Shown: positions 14,191-26,492, numbered from the stretch's first letter. The stretch: 64,000 nt of DNA from Gaiellales bacterium (GCA_036403155.1 DASWRM010000030.1:67527-131526); one strand, 5' to 3'. A program made the numbers and translations. Notes: a model not told the origin generated them from the letters alone.

Positions 14191-16169
14191 CCGCATCGAC
14201 GGAGCGACGCGCCCTTGCCGAGCTGGCCCGCGAGCTGGGCGTGCAGACACGCTACGTCGACGCGACGGGAGGCCGGCGGGAATCGTCGCGCGAGGCGATC
14301 GCGGCGGTCTGCTCCTCCCTGGCAGGCGGCGATGCGGAGCGGTCGCCGACCGCGACCCTGCGCGAGGTTCGCGCCGAGCGCGGCGGCCGCCTTGCCGAGC
14401 CGGTGGCGGTCGCGTGGGGGGGTGGCTGCTCCGTGCGGCTCGCGCCCGAGCGACACCGCGGCGTCCACGCCGACCTCGAGCTCGAGCGCGGGACGGGCGG
14501 GCCGGCCGGCGACCCCACCGCGCGCGCGCACGGCGCCGCCGTTGAGCTGGCGAACCTGCCGTACGGCGTCCACCGGCTGCACCTGCGGCGGCGAGGCATC
14601 GAGCAGGTGGTGCACGTGGTCGCTGCCCCGCGGCGGGCGCACACCGTCGCCGGTCGGCGTTGGGGGTCGTTCCTGCCGCTCTACGCCGTGCCGGGCGCGT
14701 ACGGTGTCGGCGACTTCACCGGGCTGCGCGAGCTGGTGGACTGGACGGTCGGGCACGGCGGGTCGTTCGCCGGTAGCACGCCGCTCTTCGCGGCGTTTCT
14801 CGACCGGCCGTTCGACCCGAGCCCGTACGCACCGGTCAGCCGCCTGTTCTGGAACGAGATGTACGTCGACCCGGCGGCGGCGCCCGAGCTGGCGGCGTCC
14901 GCTCCGGCCCGGCAGCTGCTCGCCTCCAGCGGGATGCAGCGTGAGCTGCGAGCGCTCCGCCGCGGGCGCCGCGTCGACCACCGCACGGCGATGGCCGCCA
15001 AGCGTCGCGTGCTGGAGCTGCTCTGCGACGCCCTCGCGGGCGACCGCGGCCGCGAGCTGGACCGGCTGCTGCGCCGCGATCGCGAGCTGCGGGCCTATGC
15101 GGACTTCCGGGCGCGGTGCGAGCGCGCGGGGGGCGGCTGGGACGAGTGGGGCGGCGAACGGGGCGACCCGCGCACGGCGCGCTACCACGCGTACGTGCAG
15201 CTGCTCTGCCGCGAGCAGCTCGCCGACGCGGCAGCGGGCGACCGGCTCTACCTGGACATGCCGCTCGGAGTTCACCCCGCAGGCTTCGACACGTGGCGGC
15301 ACCGGGACCTGTTCGCGCAGGGCCTGTCGGTGGGGGCGCCGCCGGACGCGCTGTTCCGCGGGGGCCAGGACTGGGGCTTCCCGCCGCTGCTCGCCGCCCG
15401 CGCCAGGGCCGACGGCCACGCCTACTTCCGCGCCTGCCTGCAGACGCTGATGCAGTACGCATGCGCGGTGCGGATCGACCACGTGATGGGGCTGCACAGG
15501 CTGTTCTGCGTACCGCACGGGTTCGCGGCGACCGAGGGCGTGTACGTGCGGATGCCGTGCGAGGAGCTCTACGCCCTGATCGCGCTCGAGTCGGTACGCC
15601 GCGGCGCCGAGGTGGTCGGCGAGGATCTCGGCACCGTGCCCGCGGAGGTGCGGCGGACGATGCGCCGCCACGGCGTGCTGCGCTCGTTCGTGCTCCAGCT
15701 GGAGCTCGACCCCGAGGGGGATCCCTTCAGGCGCGTGCCGGAAGACGCACTCGTGGGTATGAACACGCACGACATGCCCACGTTCGCCGGATTCTGGGAT
15801 GGTGAGGACATCGACCGGCGGCTTTCGCTCGGCCTCGAGGACCGTGCGGCGGCCGCGGCCGAGCGCCGGGAGCGCGCGGTGCTGCGACGGGCGCTGGGGC
15901 GCGCGCTGCGCGAACGGCGGCGCGCGGGCCGGACGCTCGAGCAGGCGCTCGACGGGTCGCTCGGCGAGCTGGCCGCCTCTCCCGGGCGCCTGCTGGTCGT
16001 GAACGCAGAGGACCTGTGGGCCGAGCGCGAGCCGCAGAACGTGCCGGGCACCGGCGCCGAGGCGGGCAACTGGTCGCGGCGCGCCGCGCACCGGCCGGCC
16101 CGCTTCGACCGGACGCCCGGCGTCCGGGCGCGTGTCGCGCAGGTCGAGGCGGCGAGGGTGGGGCGGTGA
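14187..16169 (+). CDS. malQ: 4-alpha-glucanotransferase (amylomaltase), long actinobacterial form
   Basis: GH77 motifs: [38 protein letters not shown]. The ATG at 14187 overlaps the treS-pep2 stop as ATGA. Confidence 0.85.
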
Positions 16170-18100
16170 GCCGCACCGAGAGCCGTCCCACGGTCCGGTA
16201 CGACGTGAGCCTGCTCGGCGACGACGACCTGCACCTGTTCAACGAGGGGAGGCACCTCGCACTCGGGCAGCACCTCGGCGCGCACGTCACGACGGACCAC
16301 GGCGAGACGGGCACCGCGTTCGCCGTGTGGGCGCCGAATGCGAGCGGCGCATCCGTGGTCGGCGACTTCAACGGCTGGGACGCGGGCCGCCATCGGCTGG
16401 CGGCGCGAGGCGTGTCGGGCATATGGGAGGGGTTCATCCCGGGGGTCGGGCACGGCGAGGTGTACAAGTTCGCGCTGGAGACGCAGCACGGCATCCTGTT
16501 CAAGGCCGACCCGTTCGCCCGGTTCAGCGAGCAGCCGCCGCGGACCGCCTCCCGCGTGTGGGACCTCGGCCACGACTGGCGCGACGCGGCCTGGATGGCG
16601 GGTCGGGCGCAGCGCAGCGGGCTGGGCGATCCGGTGGCGATCTACGAGCTGCACCTGGGATCCTGGCGCCGCCACGCCGCGGACGACCGCCCGCTCACCT
16701 ATCTCGAGCTGGCGGACGAGCTTCCGTCATACGTGAGCGACCTGGGGTTCACGCACGTGGAGTTCCTCCCCGTGATGGAGCACCCGTTCACGGGGTCGTG
16801 GGGCTACCAGACGACCGGCTACTTCTCGCCGACCAGCCGCTACGGCACGCCTCAGGAGTTCATGCGGCTCGTGGAGGCCCTGCACCAGGCGGAGATCGGC
16901 GTGATCCTGGACTGGGTGCCGTCGCACTTCGCCACCGATCCGCACGGCCTCTCGCTGTTCGACGGAACGCACCTGTTCGAGCACGCCGACCCGCGTCAGG
17001 GCTTCCACCCCGATTGGGGCAGCTACATCTTCAACTACGGCCGAAACGAAGTCCGCTCGTTTCTCCTCTCGAGCGCCATGCACTGGCTCGACCGCTACCA
17101 CGCCGACGGCATCCGCGTCGACGCCGTCGCCTCGATGCTCTACCTCGACTACTCGCGGTCGGAGGGACAGTGGATCCCCAACCGCCACGGCGGTCGCGAG
17201 AACCTCGAGGCGATCCACCTGCTCCGGCAGCTGAATGCCGCGGCCTACGAGCGCCAACCGGGGGTGCAGACCTACGCCGAGGAGTCGACGGCGTGGCCCA
17301 TGGTCTCGCGGCCCACCTACCTGGGCGGCCTGGGCTTCGGCTACAAGTGGGACATGGGGTGGATGCACGACACGCTCGCCTACATGGAGCACGACCCGGT
17401 CCACCGCAGCCACCACCACCACGACCTCACGTTCCGCGGGCTCTACGCCTTCACCGAGAACTACCTGCTGCCGCTGTCCCACGACGAGGTCGTCCACGGC
17501 AAGCGCTCGCTCATCTCCAAGATGCCAGGGAACGCATGGCAGCAGCGCGCGAACCTGCGGCTGCTGCTCGGGTACATGTACGGCGTCCCCGGCAAGAAGC
17601 TGCTGTTCATGGGTGCGGAGCTGGGACAGTGGCGGGAATGGAACCACGACGCGGGTCTCGAGTGGCAGCTGCTCGAGGACCCGGCGCACGAGGGCATCCG
17701 CCGGTGGGTCCGCGATCTGAATCGCGCGTACGCCGAGACGCCGGCGCTGCACGTGCTCGACACGGACCCCGAGGGGTTCGAGTGGGTCCACGTGAACGAC
17801 GCCGAGGCCGGCGTGCTGGTGTTCCTGCGCCGCTCGCCGGCGGGTCAGCTGGTGCTGTGCGCGTACAACTTCACGCCGGTCGCCAGGCCGCACTACCGCA
17901 TCGGCGCGCCCGCGGACGGTCGCTGGCGGGAGGCGCTCAACTCCGACGCCGAGGTCTACGGCGGCAGCGGAGCCGGGAACCTCGGCGGCGTCGACGCCGG
18001 GTCCGAGCCGCTCCACGGCCGCCCGCACTCGATCGCCCTCACGCTTCCGCCGCTTGCGTGCGTGATGCTCGTGCACGAGCCGGATACGGTCGTCGCGTGA
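16166..18100 (+). CDS. glgB: 1,4-alpha-glucan branching enzyme
   Basis: FAVWAPNASGASVVGDFNGWD, GVILDWVPSHF, GIRVDAVASMLY, AEESTAWP, LPLSHDEVVHGK. The GTG at 16166 overlaps the malQ stop as GTGA. The upstream 50 codons of ORF 16016 are out-of-frame overlap with malQ. Confidence 0.93.
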   Translation: MSRTESRPTVRYDVSLLGDDDLHLFNEGRHLALGQHLGAHVTTDHGETGTAFAVWAPNASGASVVGDFNGWDAGRHRLAARGVSGIWEGFIPGVGHGEVYKFALETQHGILFKADPFARFSEQPPRTASRVWDLGHDWRDAAWMAGRAQRSGLGDPVAIYELHLGSWRRHAADDRPLTYLELADELPSYVSDLGFTHVEFLPVMEHPFTGSWGYQTTGYFSPTSRYGTPQEFMRLVEALHQAEIGVILDWVPSHFATDPHGLSLFDGTHLFEHADPRQGFHPDWGSYIFNYGRNEVRSFLLSSAMHWLDRYHADGIRVDAVASMLYLDYSRSEGQWIPNRHGGRENLEAIHLLRQLNAAAYERQPGVQTYAEESTAWPMVSRPTYLGGLGFGYKWDMGWMHDTLAYMEHDPVHRSHHHHDLTFRGLYAFTENYLLPLSHDEVVHGKRSLISKMPGNAWQQRANLRLLLGYMYGVPGKKLLFMGAELGQWREWNHDAGLEWQLLEDPAHEGIRRWVRDLNRAYAETPALHVLDTDPEGFEWVHVNDAEAGVLVFLRRSPAGQLVLCAYNFTPVARPHYRIGAPADGRWREALNSDAEVYGGSGAGNLGGVDAGSEPLHGRPHSIALTLPPLACVMLVHEPDTVVA

Positions 18101-19902
18101 TCGTCGACGAGCGCCGGCCGGGCGCGTGGGCCGGGGAGGGCGACGGCACGGCGTTCCGGGTGTGGGCGCCGTTCGCCGAGCGGGTCGAGCTCGACCTGGG
18201 CGACGGCCGCGTGCCGCTCGAGGGGCTCGGCGACGGCTGGCACGGCAGGGTCTGCGAGGCGGCCGCCGGCACGCGGTACGGCTACGTGCTCGACGGCGGC
18301 GACCCGCTCCCGGATCCTGCGTCGGGCTGGCAGCCCGACGGGGTGCACGGGCGATCCGCGGTCGCTCCCGTGCAGCACCCCTGGACGGATCGGGAGTGGC
18401 GCGGCATGCCGCTGGAGCAGCTCGTGCTGTACGAGCTGCACGTCGGCACGTTCACGGCCGAGGGGACGTTCGACGCCGCCGTCCCGCGGCTCGCCGAGCT
18501 CGCTGAGCTGGGCGTCACGGCGATCGAGCTGATGCCGGTCGCCGAGTTTCCGGGGGGCCGGAACTGGGGCTACGACGGCGTCTTCCCCTACGCGGTGCAG
18601 TCGACCTACGGCGGCCCTGAGGGGCTGATGCGGCTCGTCGACGCCGCGCACGCTGCCGGCCTCGCCGTCTGCCTGGACGTGGTCTACAATCACCTCGGGC
18701 CCGAGGGTAACGTGCTCGGGCGCTACGGCCCGTACTTCACCGACCGCTACCGCACGCCGTGGGGCGACGCGGTGAACGTCGACGGCCCGGACAGCGATCC
18801 GGTTCGCGGGTATCTGGTGGGCAACGCGCTGCGGTGGTTCGAGACATTCCACCTGGACGCGCTCAGGCTGGACGCCGTGCACGCGATCGCCGACCAGAGC
18901 GCCGTGCCCTTTCTGGCCGAGCTCTCCGAGGCGGTGTCCGGGCTCGAGCAGCAGCTCGGGCGGCCGCTGCACCTGATCGCCGAGAGCGACCTCAACGACC
19001 CGCGCATGGTGACGGCGCGCGCGGCCAACGGGCTGGGGATGGATGCCCAGTGGAGCGACGACTTCCACCACGCGCTGCACCGGCTGCTGACCGGCGAGCA
19101 GCGGGGGTACTACGCGGACTTCGGCGACCCCGGCGCGCTGGCGAAGGCGTTTCGCGACGGGTTCGTGGTGGACGGTGGACGGTCGGGGTACCGGCGGCGG
19201 CGCCACGGCGCCGGCGCGCGCGGCATCCCGGGGCGCCGCCTGGTCGTCTACTCGCAGAACCACGACCAGATCGGGAACCGGATGGCCGGCGACCGGCTGA
19301 TCGAGACGGCGGGAGACGACGCGGCGCGCGTGGCCGCCGTCGCGGTGCTGCTGGCGCCGTTCGTCCCGATGCTGTTCATGGGCGAGGAGCACGGCGAGCG
19401 GGCGCCGTTCCCCTACTTCGTCAGCCACACCGACCCGGACCTGGTCGAGGCGGTGCGAACCGGGCGGGCGGAGGAGTTCTCGGGATTCGGCTGGGGCGGC
19501 GAGCCGCCCGACCCGCAGAGCGAGGGGACGTTCGCGAGCGCGCGGCTCGACTGGTCGCTTCGCGACACGCCCGACGGCGCCGCGATGCTCGACCTGTACA
19601 GGCGGCTGCTCGAGCTCCGGCGCACGCGCCCGGCGCTGCGCCGGCTCGACACCGGGCGCATCGAGACCCACGCGGTGCCGGGGACGACGTGGGTCCGCCG
19701 CTGGGGCGACGGCGACGACGTGCTCATCTGCCTGCACACCGACGCGTCGCCGGCCGAGACCCTGGTTCCCCGCCCCGGTCTGTGGACGGTCGCCGTCGAC
19801 ACCGGCGGATCCCTGGAGCCGGGGACGGCCGTGGCCGGATCGGTCTCCCTCACGGGCCGCTGCGCGCTGGTGCTGATCGGCGAGGGCGCCTCCGGTGGCT
19901 GA
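18097..19902 (+). CDS. treZ: Malto-oligosyltrehalose trehalohydrolase
   Basis: [57 protein letters not shown]. The GTG at 18097 is in frame with ORF 16132..19902 and overlaps the glgB stop as GTGA. Confidence 0.9.
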   Translation: MIVDERRPGAWAGEGDGTAFRVWAPFAERVELDLGDGRVPLEGLGDGWHGRVCEAAAGTRYGYVLDGGDPLPDPASGWQPDGVHGRSAVAPVQHPWTDREWRGMPLEQLVLYELHVGTFTAEGTFDAAVPRLAELAELGVTAIELMPVAEFPGGRNWGYDGVFPYAVQSTYGGPEGLMRLVDAAHAAGLAVCLDVVYNHLGPEGNVLGRYGPYFTDRYRTPWGDAVNVDGPDSDPVRGYLVGNALRWFETFHLDALRLDAVHAIADQSAVPFLAELSEAVSGLEQQLGRPLHLIAESDLNDPRMVTARAANGLGMDAQWSDDFHHALHRLLTGEQRGYYADFGDPGALAKAFRDGFVVDGGRSGYRRRRHGAGARGIPGRRLVVYSQNHDQIGNRMAGDRLIETAGDDAARVAAVAVLLAPFVPMLFMGEEHGERAPFPYFVSHTDPDLVEAVRTGRAEEFSGFGWGGEPPDPQSEGTFASARLDWSLRDTPDGAAMLDLYRRLLELRRTRPALRRLDTGRIETHAVPGTTWVRRWGDGDDVLICLHTDASPAETLVPRPGLWTVAVDTGGSLEPGTAVAGSVSLTGRCALVLIGEGASGG

Positions 19903-22033
19903 ATTCCGCGTGTGGCCCGGGAATCCGTACCCGCTGGGCGCAACGTGGGACGGCGAGGGGACGAACTTCGCGATCTTCTCCGAGCACGCGACCGGCGTCG
20001 AGCTGTGCCTGTTCGACGGCGTTGATGCCGGCGAGGAGAGCCACCGCATCGAGCTGGTCGAGCGCACCGACCTGATCTGGCATGCGTACCTCCCGGATGT
20101 CCGCCCCGGGCAGCTCTACGGGTATCGGATCCACGGCCCCTACGCGCCCGCGGAGGGACACCGGTTCAACCCGAACAAGCTGGTGCTCGACCCCTACGCG
20201 AAGGCGATCGACGGGGATGTCGTCTGGAACGATGCGCTGTTCGGCTACTCGGTCGGCGATCCGCAGGAGGATCTGTCCTTCGACGAGCGCGACAGCGCCC
20301 CGTACATCCCCAAGTGCTCGGTGATCGACCCGTCCTTCACGTGGGGGGACGACCGCCCGCCCGCGATCCCGTTCAACCGCTCGCTGATCTACGAGTGCCA
20401 CGTGCGCGGCATGACGATGCTGCATCCCGGCGTACCCGAGGAGCTGCGCGGGACGTACCTGGGAATGGCGAGCGACCCGATCATCGACCACCTGCTCAGC
20501 CTGGGCGTGACGGCGGTCGAGCTGATGCCGGTGCACCAGTTCGTCAAGGACCGGTACCTGGCCGACAAGGGGCTCACCAACTACTGGGGCTACAACTCGA
20601 TCGCGTTCCTGGCGCCGGAGAACCGCTACGCGGCCAGCTCGCGCCCGGGCAGCCACGTCAGCGAGTTCAAGTCGATGGTGAAGGCGTTCCACCGCGCTGG
20701 CATCGAGGTGATCCTCGACGTCGTCTACAACCACACCGGCGAGGGGAACCAGATGGGGCCGACGATCGGGCTGCGGGGCGTCGACAACAAGGCGTACTAC
20801 CGGCTGACCCCGGGTGACGAGCGCTACTACTTCGACTTCACCGGTACCGGGAACAGCCTCAACATGCGGCACCCGCGGACGGTCCAGCTGATCTTCGACA
20901 GCCTCCGGTACTGGGTGCTCGACATGCACGTCGACGGTTTCCGCTTCGACCTCGCACCGGTGCTCGCCCGCGAGCTGTACGAGGTCGACCGCCTGGGCGC
21001 GTTCTTCGACATCATGCAGCAGGACCCGGTCCTGTCCCAGGTGAAGCTGATCGCCGAGCCGTGGGATCTTGGCGAGGGCGGTTACCAGATCGGCAACTTC
21101 CCGGTCGGCTGGGCGGAGTGGAACGGCGAGTACCGCGACGGCGTGCGAGCGTTCTGGCGCGGCGATCCGGGGAAGATCGGCGTGGTCGCGTCCCGGGTCT
21201 CGGGATCGAGCGACCTCTACGCGGCCGGCGGCCGCCGGACGTATGCGAGCGTCAACTTCGTGACGGCGCACGACGGCTACACGCTGGACGACCTCGTCTC
21301 GTACGAGCAGAAGCACAACGAGGCGAACGGCGAGGACAACCGCGACGGCGCGGACGACAATCACAGCCGGAACTGGGGCGCCGAGGGGCCGACCGACAGC
21401 CCGGCGATCGTGACGATGCGCCAGCGGATGAAGAAGAACTTCCTCGCCACGCTCGTGTTCAGCCAGGGCGTGCGCATGCTGCTCGGCGGCGACGAGATGG
21501 GGCGCACACAGCGGGGCAATAACAACGCCTACTGTCAGGACAACGAGCTGTCCTGGGTGCACTGGGACATCGACGCGGAGGGCCGCGAGCTGCTCGCGTT
21601 CACCCGCGAGATCCTGCGCATCTTCCGCGACAACCCGGTGTTTCGCCGGCGCGCCTTCTTCACCGGCCGGCCGGTGCGCGGCGAGATCAAGGACGTCACG
21701 TGGCTGCATCCCTCGGGTCGCGAGATGAGCGAGCAGGACTGGTCGGACGGGAACCTGCGCGCGATCGGGATGCTGATCGACGGCGAGGCCACGGACGAGG
21801 TGGACGAGCGGGGACGCCCGATACGCGGCCGCACCGTGCTGCTGATGCTGAACGGCGGCGAGAACAGCCGGCGGTTCGTGATCCCCCAGCTCGGTCTTCC
21901 GGGCATGTGGCTGGAGCGCATGAACACCGCGCGCAACGGCACCCGCCCGATCCGCCGGCAGGCGGTGAACGTGATCGCCCATTCGATGATCCTTGCCGAG
22001 CTGACGCGTGACCCGGCGGCGGCCGGGCGGTGA
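19895..22033 (+). CDS. glgX: Glycogen debranching enzyme (GlgX/TreX)
   Basis: [72 protein letters not shown]-like ([11 protein letters not shown]). The GTG at 19895 overlaps treZ by 8 nt. Confidence 0.92.
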   Translation: MAEFRVWPGNPYPLGATWDGEGTNFAIFSEHATGVELCLFDGVDAGEESHRIELVERTDLIWHAYLPDVRPGQLYGYRIHGPYAPAEGHRFNPNKLVLDPYAKAIDGDVVWNDALFGYSVGDPQEDLSFDERDSAPYIPKCSVIDPSFTWGDDRPPAIPFNRSLIYECHVRGMTMLHPGVPEELRGTYLGMASDPIIDHLLSLGVTAVELMPVHQFVKDRYLADKGLTNYWGYNSIAFLAPENRYAASSRPGSHVSEFKSMVKAFHRAGIEVILDVVYNHTGEGNQMGPTIGLRGVDNKAYYRLTPGDERYYFDFTGTGNSLNMRHPRTVQLIFDSLRYWVLDMHVDGFRFDLAPVLARELYEVDRLGAFFDIMQQDPVLSQVKLIAEPWDLGEGGYQIGNFPVGWAEWNGEYRDGVRAFWRGDPGKIGVVASRVSGSSDLYAAGGRRTYASVNFVTAHDGYTLDDLVSYEQKHNEANGEDNRDGADDNHSRNWGAEGPTDSPAIVTMRQRMKKNFLATLVFSQGVRMLLGGDEMGRTQRGNNNAYCQDNELSWVHWDIDAEGRELLAFTREILRIFRDNPVFRRRAFFTGRPVRGEIKDVTWLHPSGREMSEQDWSDGNLRAIGMLIDGEATDEVDERGRPIRGRTVLLMLNGGENSRRFVIPQLGLPGMWLERMNTARNGTRPIRRQAVNVIAHSMILAELTRDPAAAGR

Positions 22034-24417
22034 CGCGGCCGGTCTCGAGCTACCGCCTGCAGCTGTCGCCGGCCTTCACGCTGCATGACGCGCTTGCCGT
22101 GCTCCCGTACCTGAACCGGCTCGGCGTTCACCACCTCTACCTCTCGCCGATCCTCGCGGCACGTCCCGGCAGCGCGCACGGCTACGACGTCGTCGATCCC
22201 ACGCGGGTGAGCGGCGAGCTGGGCGGCGAGCAGGCGCTGCGCGCGCTCGCCGACGCCGCTTCGGAGCGGGGCATGGGGCTGACCGCCGACATCGTGCCGA
22301 ACCACATGGCGGCGGACGAGTCCAACCCCTGGTGGTGGGACGTCCTGCGGTCGGGACGCGAGTCCCCACACGCCGTCGCGTTCGACATCGACTGGGAGGC
22401 GCCGGCCGCGGCCGGCCGGCTGGTGCTCCCTGTGCTCGGCGAGGCGCTCGACGACGCGCTCGCCTCCGGGGCGGTCCACGCGGTCGACGACGGGGACGGC
22501 CCGCTCGTCGGCTACCACGACCGGCGCTTCCCGCTCGCACCGGGCAGCGAGGGCCTCGCGCTGAGCGACCTCGCCGCCGCGCTGCGCGAGCAGCGCTACG
22601 AGCTCTGCTTCTGGCGCGAGGGCCTCGAGCGGCTGAACTACCGGCGCTTCTTCGACGTCTCCGACCTGGTCGCGCTGCGTGCCGACGACCCGGAGGTCTT
22701 CCGCCGGTCGCACGAGCTGGTGCTCCGGCTGGTTCGTGAAGGTGTGCTGCAGGGGCTTCGCGTCGACCACGTCGACGGCCTCGCCGATCCCGGGGCGTAC
22801 CTCCGCCGGCTGCGAGAGGGTGCGCCCGGGGCGTACATCGTGGTCGAGAAGATCCTCGCTCCGGACGAGGCGGTGCCGCACGACTGGCCGGTCGAGGGCA
22901 CGACCGGATACGAGTTTCTGGCATGTGCCGGCGGTCTGTTCGTGGACCCCGGCGGCGCGGCGGCGATGGCGGAGACCTACGTCGCCGCCACCGGGAGGCC
23001 GGCCGCCTTCGAACGGACGGCGCTGCGGGCGAAGCGGGAGGCGCTGCGCCGGCTCTTCGCCCCGGACACCGACCGCGTCCTCCGCCGCGCCGAGGCCGCG
23101 GGGCTCGGCACGCCGTCGGATCTGCGAGAGCCGCTCGCCGCGCTGACGGTGCACCTGGACGCGTACCGCACGTATGCCGACTCCGGCGGGTTGTCGCCGG
23201 AGGATCGGGGCCGTCTGGAGCGCGCCACCCATGCTGCGGCGGAGGAGGTGGCTGACGTCAAGGCTCTCCGCCGCCTGGCCGCCGCCGTCGAAGCGCCAGG
23301 CGAGCGGACGCTCCCGTTCGTCCAGGGCTGGCAGCAGCTGACCGGGCCGGTGGCCGCGAAGGGCGTGGAGGATACCGCGCTCTACCGCGACACCCGGCTG
23401 CTGGCGCGCAACGAGCCGGGCCTCGATCCATCCTTCATGAGCGCGACGCCGCGGCAGCTGCACGCGTGGTGCGCGGGGCAGGCGGCACGGCACCCGATGA
23501 CGACCACGTCGACGCACGACACCAAGCGCGGCGAGGATGTCCGCTCCCGGATCGCCGCGCTGACGCTCGTGCCGGAGCGGTGGGCAGCGTTCTGGGAACG
23601 CTGGCGCGACCCGGCGCTGAACGGGGCGGACGCCTCGGCCGACTGGCTGGCGCTGCAGACGCTGGCCGGGTCGTATCCGGCCGGCGGCGACGGGTACCCG
23701 GACCGGATCTCCGCGTACCTGGTGAAGGCGCTGCGGGAGGCGAAGGAGGGGACGAGCTGGCTCGACCCCGACGAGGCATACGAGGCGCGCGCGGTCGGCC
23801 GGACGCGGGAGCTGCTCGCGGATCGCGACTTCGCCGAAGCGGTCGGCGCGCTTGCCGGAGAGCTGGAGCGGCTGGGAGCGGCCATCTCGCTCGGGCAGCT
23901 GGTGGCGAAGCTGATCGCGCCGGGGTGTCCCGACGTCTACTGGGGCAACGAGCGCACGCGGCTCACGCTGGTCGACCCCGACAATCGCGGGCCGGTCGAC
24001 TTCGAGGGCAACGACCGGCTGTTGCGCGAGCTGGAGCACCGGCACGCCGAGGACGCCGAGGGACTGGCGAAGGAGCTCGCGGCGACGATCGAGGACGGAC
24101 GCATGAAGCTGCTGATGACGCACCTCGGGCTGCGGCTGCGGCGCAGGCGGGAGCGCCTGTTCGCGAATGCCCGCTACGTCGCCGTCGACGGCGGCGCCGG
24201 CGTGTACGCCGCCGCGCGGCAGCACGAGGGCGAATGGGTGCTCGGGGTGGCCGGGCTGCGGCCGGGAACACCGTTCGCGGACCTGGCGCTGGAGCGTGCC
24301 GGCGGCATGCCGGAGCGTTGGCGGGACGTGCTGACGGGCCGGATCGTCGAGCTCAGCGATACGCCGCTCACGGTGCTCCTGGCAGCGTCCCCCGCGACGA
24401 TGCTCGAGCCTGTGTGA
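22030..24417 (+). CDS. treY: Malto-oligosyltrehalose synthase
   Basis: [60 protein letters not shown]. The GTG at 22030 overlaps the glgX stop as GTGA. Confidence 0.9.
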   Translation: MTRPVSSYRLQLSPAFTLHDALAVLPYLNRLGVHHLYLSPILAARPGSAHGYDVVDPTRVSGELGGEQALRALADAASERGMGLTADIVPNHMAADESNPWWWDVLRSGRESPHAVAFDIDWEAPAAAGRLVLPVLGEALDDALASGAVHAVDDGDGPLVGYHDRRFPLAPGSEGLALSDLAAALREQRYELCFWREGLERLNYRRFFDVSDLVALRADDPEVFRRSHELVLRLVREGVLQGLRVDHVDGLADPGAYLRRLREGAPGAYIVVEKILAPDEAVPHDWPVEGTTGYEFLACAGGLFVDPGGAAAMAETYVAATGRPAAFERTALRAKREALRRLFAPDTDRVLRRAEAAGLGTPSDLREPLAALTVHLDAYRTYADSGGLSPEDRGRLERATHAAAEEVADVKALRRLAAAVEAPGERTLPFVQGWQQLTGPVAAKGVEDTALYRDTRLLARNEPGLDPSFMSATPRQLHAWCAGQAARHPMTTTSTHDTKRGEDVRSRIAALTLVPERWAAFWERWRDPALNGADASADWLALQTLAGSYPAGGDGYPDRISAYLVKALREAKEGTSWLDPDEAYEARAVGRTRELLADRDFAEAVGALAGELERLGAAISLGQLVAKLIAPGCPDVYWGNERTRLTLVDPDNRGPVDFEGNDRLLRELEHRHAEDAEGLAKELAATIEDGRMKLLMTHLGLRLRRRRERLFANARYVAVDGGAGVYAAARQHEGEWVLGVAGLRPGTPFADLALERAGGMPERWRDVLTGRIVELSDTPLTVLLAASPATMLEPV

Positions 24418-24658
24418 CGATCTTGATGCCGACTGAGGCAACAGCTACGATGGCCGGGTCTTCTTCCCCGTCTGCCGTGTGTGCAGACCCACGTGCCACG
24501 CGGCCCGAGCTGGACGCGGAACCGCGGGCACACCAGCACGATCGAGCGGCACCCCACCTCGCTGCGCGCGGCGCGGCGGCCGGAGGTGGTGCCTCGCTGC
24601 GCCTGCCGGCGGCGGGGGAGACGGCCCTGGACACCGAAGCCGCCGAAAGGACACGCTG

Positions 24659-25351
24659 ATGGACGAACAGACCCGAGCCAACCTGCTCCAGGCGATGCAC
24701 GAGGAGGCGTTCGCGCACGCCAAGTTCCTGCTGTTCGCGGCGAACGCCGAAACGGCGGGCGAGGTGGAGGCTGCGGAGCTGCTGCGCAGGTCGGCAGCGG
24801 CGCAGGAGGAGCACTTCGAGCGGATGGCGGAGGTGTACGAGCTGACGCGAACCGTCGTGGAGGATCTCGGCGACGCGATCGCGACGGAGGTGCGGACGGA
24901 CTACCAGGCCTACGCCGGGCAGGCGCACCGGGTCGGCGAGATCGAGGTGGCCCGGCTGTTCGAGACGATTCACTCGTTCAAAGCGGCACAGCGGGAGGCC
25001 CTGGGGTCGGTCGCGCTGCGGCTGAAGCTCGACCGCGGCAGCCTGCAGGAGCGCGCGCCAGAGCCGCCGAAAGAGGAACGTGAGTACAGCGTGGCCGTCG
25101 CGGCGGACGAGGCGGAGGTCGAGCTGGACCTGGCCGACGAGGGCGAGGAGCGCGCGATGCAGTCAGCGGAGCCGGAGCCGGTCGCGGGGGACGAGGGCAC
25201 GGATATCGAGTACCGGACGGTGTACGTGCCGAAGTCGTCGCGCAAGGGGAAGGCGGGCGCGCAGGAGCTGGAGCGGCAGCTGAACCAGCTGGCGGCCGAG
25301 GGCTGGGTGCTCGCCCACGCGATCGGCGCGCAGCTGATCTTCGAGCGCTGA
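24659..25351 (+). CDS. Rubrerythrin/ferritin-like domain fused by an acidic linker to a DUF4177-like C-terminal domain
   Basis: The N-terminus (TRANLLQAMHEEAFAHAKFLLFAANAE...EEHFERM ... YQAYAGQA...ARLFETIHSF) resembles the two helical half-sites of rubrerythrin. Next comes the linker EPPKEEREYSVAVAADEAEVELDLADEGEE. The C-terminus (IEYRTVYVPK...ELERQLNQLAAEGWVLAHAIGAQLIFER) resembles DUF4177. The ATG at 24659 has a GAAAGGA Shine-Dalgarno. Confidence 0.65.
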   Translation: MDEQTRANLLQAMHEEAFAHAKFLLFAANAETAGEVEAAELLRRSAAAQEEHFERMAEVYELTRTVVEDLGDAIATEVRTDYQAYAGQAHRVGEIEVARLFETIHSFKAAQREALGSVALRLKLDRGSLQERAPEPPKEEREYSVAVAADEAEVELDLADEGEERAMQSAEPEPVAGDEGTDIEYRTVYVPKSSRKGKAGAQELERQLNQLAAEGWVLAHAIGAQLIFER

Positions 25352-25413
25352 CATCGCCCCGGGGAGCGGCGGCAGCGGAGCCGCCGGGCGCCGTCCCCGC
25401 CCGCCCTCACGCG

Positions 25414-26442
25414 TCAGAACACGCGCCGGTAGAGCGAGCAGCCGCGGCAGACATCCGGCGGCTCGTCGCTTTCGAGCCGCGCGCGGAAATCGCCGTACGC
25501 GTCGCCGCCCCATATCTCGCCGAACGGCGTCTCGTTCACATCGCCCAGCGATATGCGATCGCTGCCCATCACCATGCAGCACGGCTGCACCGACCCGCCG
25601 TGCGTGACGTAGGTCGACCGCCACGGCCAGTCGCATCCCCGTCGCACCGCAGCGCCGGCATCGCCGCTCTGCGGATCGGGCTCCTCCAGACGCGGCAAGC
25701 GCAGCTCGCAGCCCACCTCCTCCGCGGCCGCCTCGGCCTCGGTGAACGCCGCACGGGCGGTGGCGTGGTCGCTGCCGGTCCACAGCGCCTGCTCGGATGC
25801 GAACCGCCGGATGTCCGCGTAGCTGCCCGACGGGTCGGTGTCATCGAACGAGTGCGAGAGGTTCTGTACCCGCACCCTGGGGACGCCCCACCGGGCGGCG
25901 AGCCGAACGAGATCCGGCAGCTCGTGGATGTTGCGCCGCATCGCAACGAACACGATCGAAACGTCGGGCCCTGCGCCGTGCCGTTCGACCGCCCGCATGA
26001 GCGCGGGCACGTGCCGCTCCAACCGGTCGAACCGCGCGCCGCCGCGGATCGACTCGTAGGTCTCTGCGACCGCCCCGTCCACCGAGACGCACAGCCACGC
26101 GAGCCCCGAGGCGACCAGCTGCTCAGATCGGTCGGGGGTCAGCAGCTGGCCGTTGCTGTTGAACCCGACGGCGATCCCGCGCTCGGACGCATACGCGATC
26201 ATGTCCATGATGCCCGGGGCGAGCAGCGGCTCGCCCAGGCCCTGCAGGGTGACCCGCTCGAGCTCCGGGAGCCCGTCGATCAGGCGGCGGAACACCTCGA
26301 ACGACATCGAACCCTCGCGCTTGCCCACCTTGGGCCGGTAGCTGACCAGGCACATCGTGCATGCCAGGTTGCACGCGGCCGTCACCTCGAGTTGCAGCTC
26401 GCGCGGTGGCGCGGGCGCGGCCGTACCGACCATTGGGGTCAT
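25414..26442 (-). CDS. Radical SAM enzyme with a C-terminal SPASM/twitch-type Cys-rich domain
   Basis: CxxxCxxC as CNLACTMC, a GGEPLL-like motif (LQGLGEPLL), and C-terminal cysteines CDWPW...VQPCCMV...PDVCRGCSLY. GAGGGAA lies upstream of the ATG at 26440-26442. Confidence 0.85.
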   Translation of the reverse strand: MTPMVGTAAPAPPRELQLEVTAACNLACTMCLVSYRPKVGKREGSMSFEVFRRLIDGLPELERVTLQGLGEPLLAPGIMDMIAYASERGIAVGFNSNGQLLTPDRSEQLVASGLAWLCVSVDGAVAETYESIRGGARFDRLERHVPALMRAVERHGAGPDVSIVFVAMRRNIHELPDLVRLAARWGVPRVRVQNLSHSFDDTDPSGSYADIRRFASEQALWTGSDHATARAAFTEAEAAAEEVGCELRLPRLEEPDPQSGDAGAAVRRGCDWPWRSTYVTHGGSVQPCCMVMGSDRISLGDVNETPFGEIWGGDAYGDFRARLESDEPPDVCRGCSLYRRVF

Positions 26443-26461
26443 GCCCCGCCTGTTCCCTCGG

Positions 26462-26483
26462 ATACCCGCTGAAAAACGGGTAT
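26462..26483. promoter_or_regulatory. Palindrome ATACCCG-N8-CGGGTAT in the 50-bp divergent spacer between the radical SAM gene and the AlkB-like gene
   Basis: A perfect 7-bp inverted repeat around an A-rich centre (ctgaaaaa), in an otherwise very GC-rich context. Confidence 0.35.
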
Positions 26484-26492
26484 GTCGAGCGC

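Noticed and set aside
16132-19902. Apparent 1256-aa giant protein
   Set aside because: Only the part from the GTG at 18097 (TreZ) is real. The first 655 codons are an out-of-frame read-through of glgB with an Arg/Pro-rich translation.
25367-25386. Small hairpin CGGCGG-N8-CCGCCG between the convergent rubrerythrin-like and radical SAM genes, considered as a bidirectional terminator
   Set aside because: It is only a 6-bp stem of a sequence type that is very common in this GC-rich DNA, with no flanking T/A tracts. That is not distinctive enough.
24970-25413. Search for a RiPP precursor peptide next to the radical SAM/SPASM gene (including the antisense ORF 24970..25410)
   Set aside because: The flanking spacers are only 62 nt and 50 nt. 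The only ORF there is antisense to the rubrerythrin-like gene and is Ser/Arg/Ala-rich junk. No leader/core-like small ORF was found.
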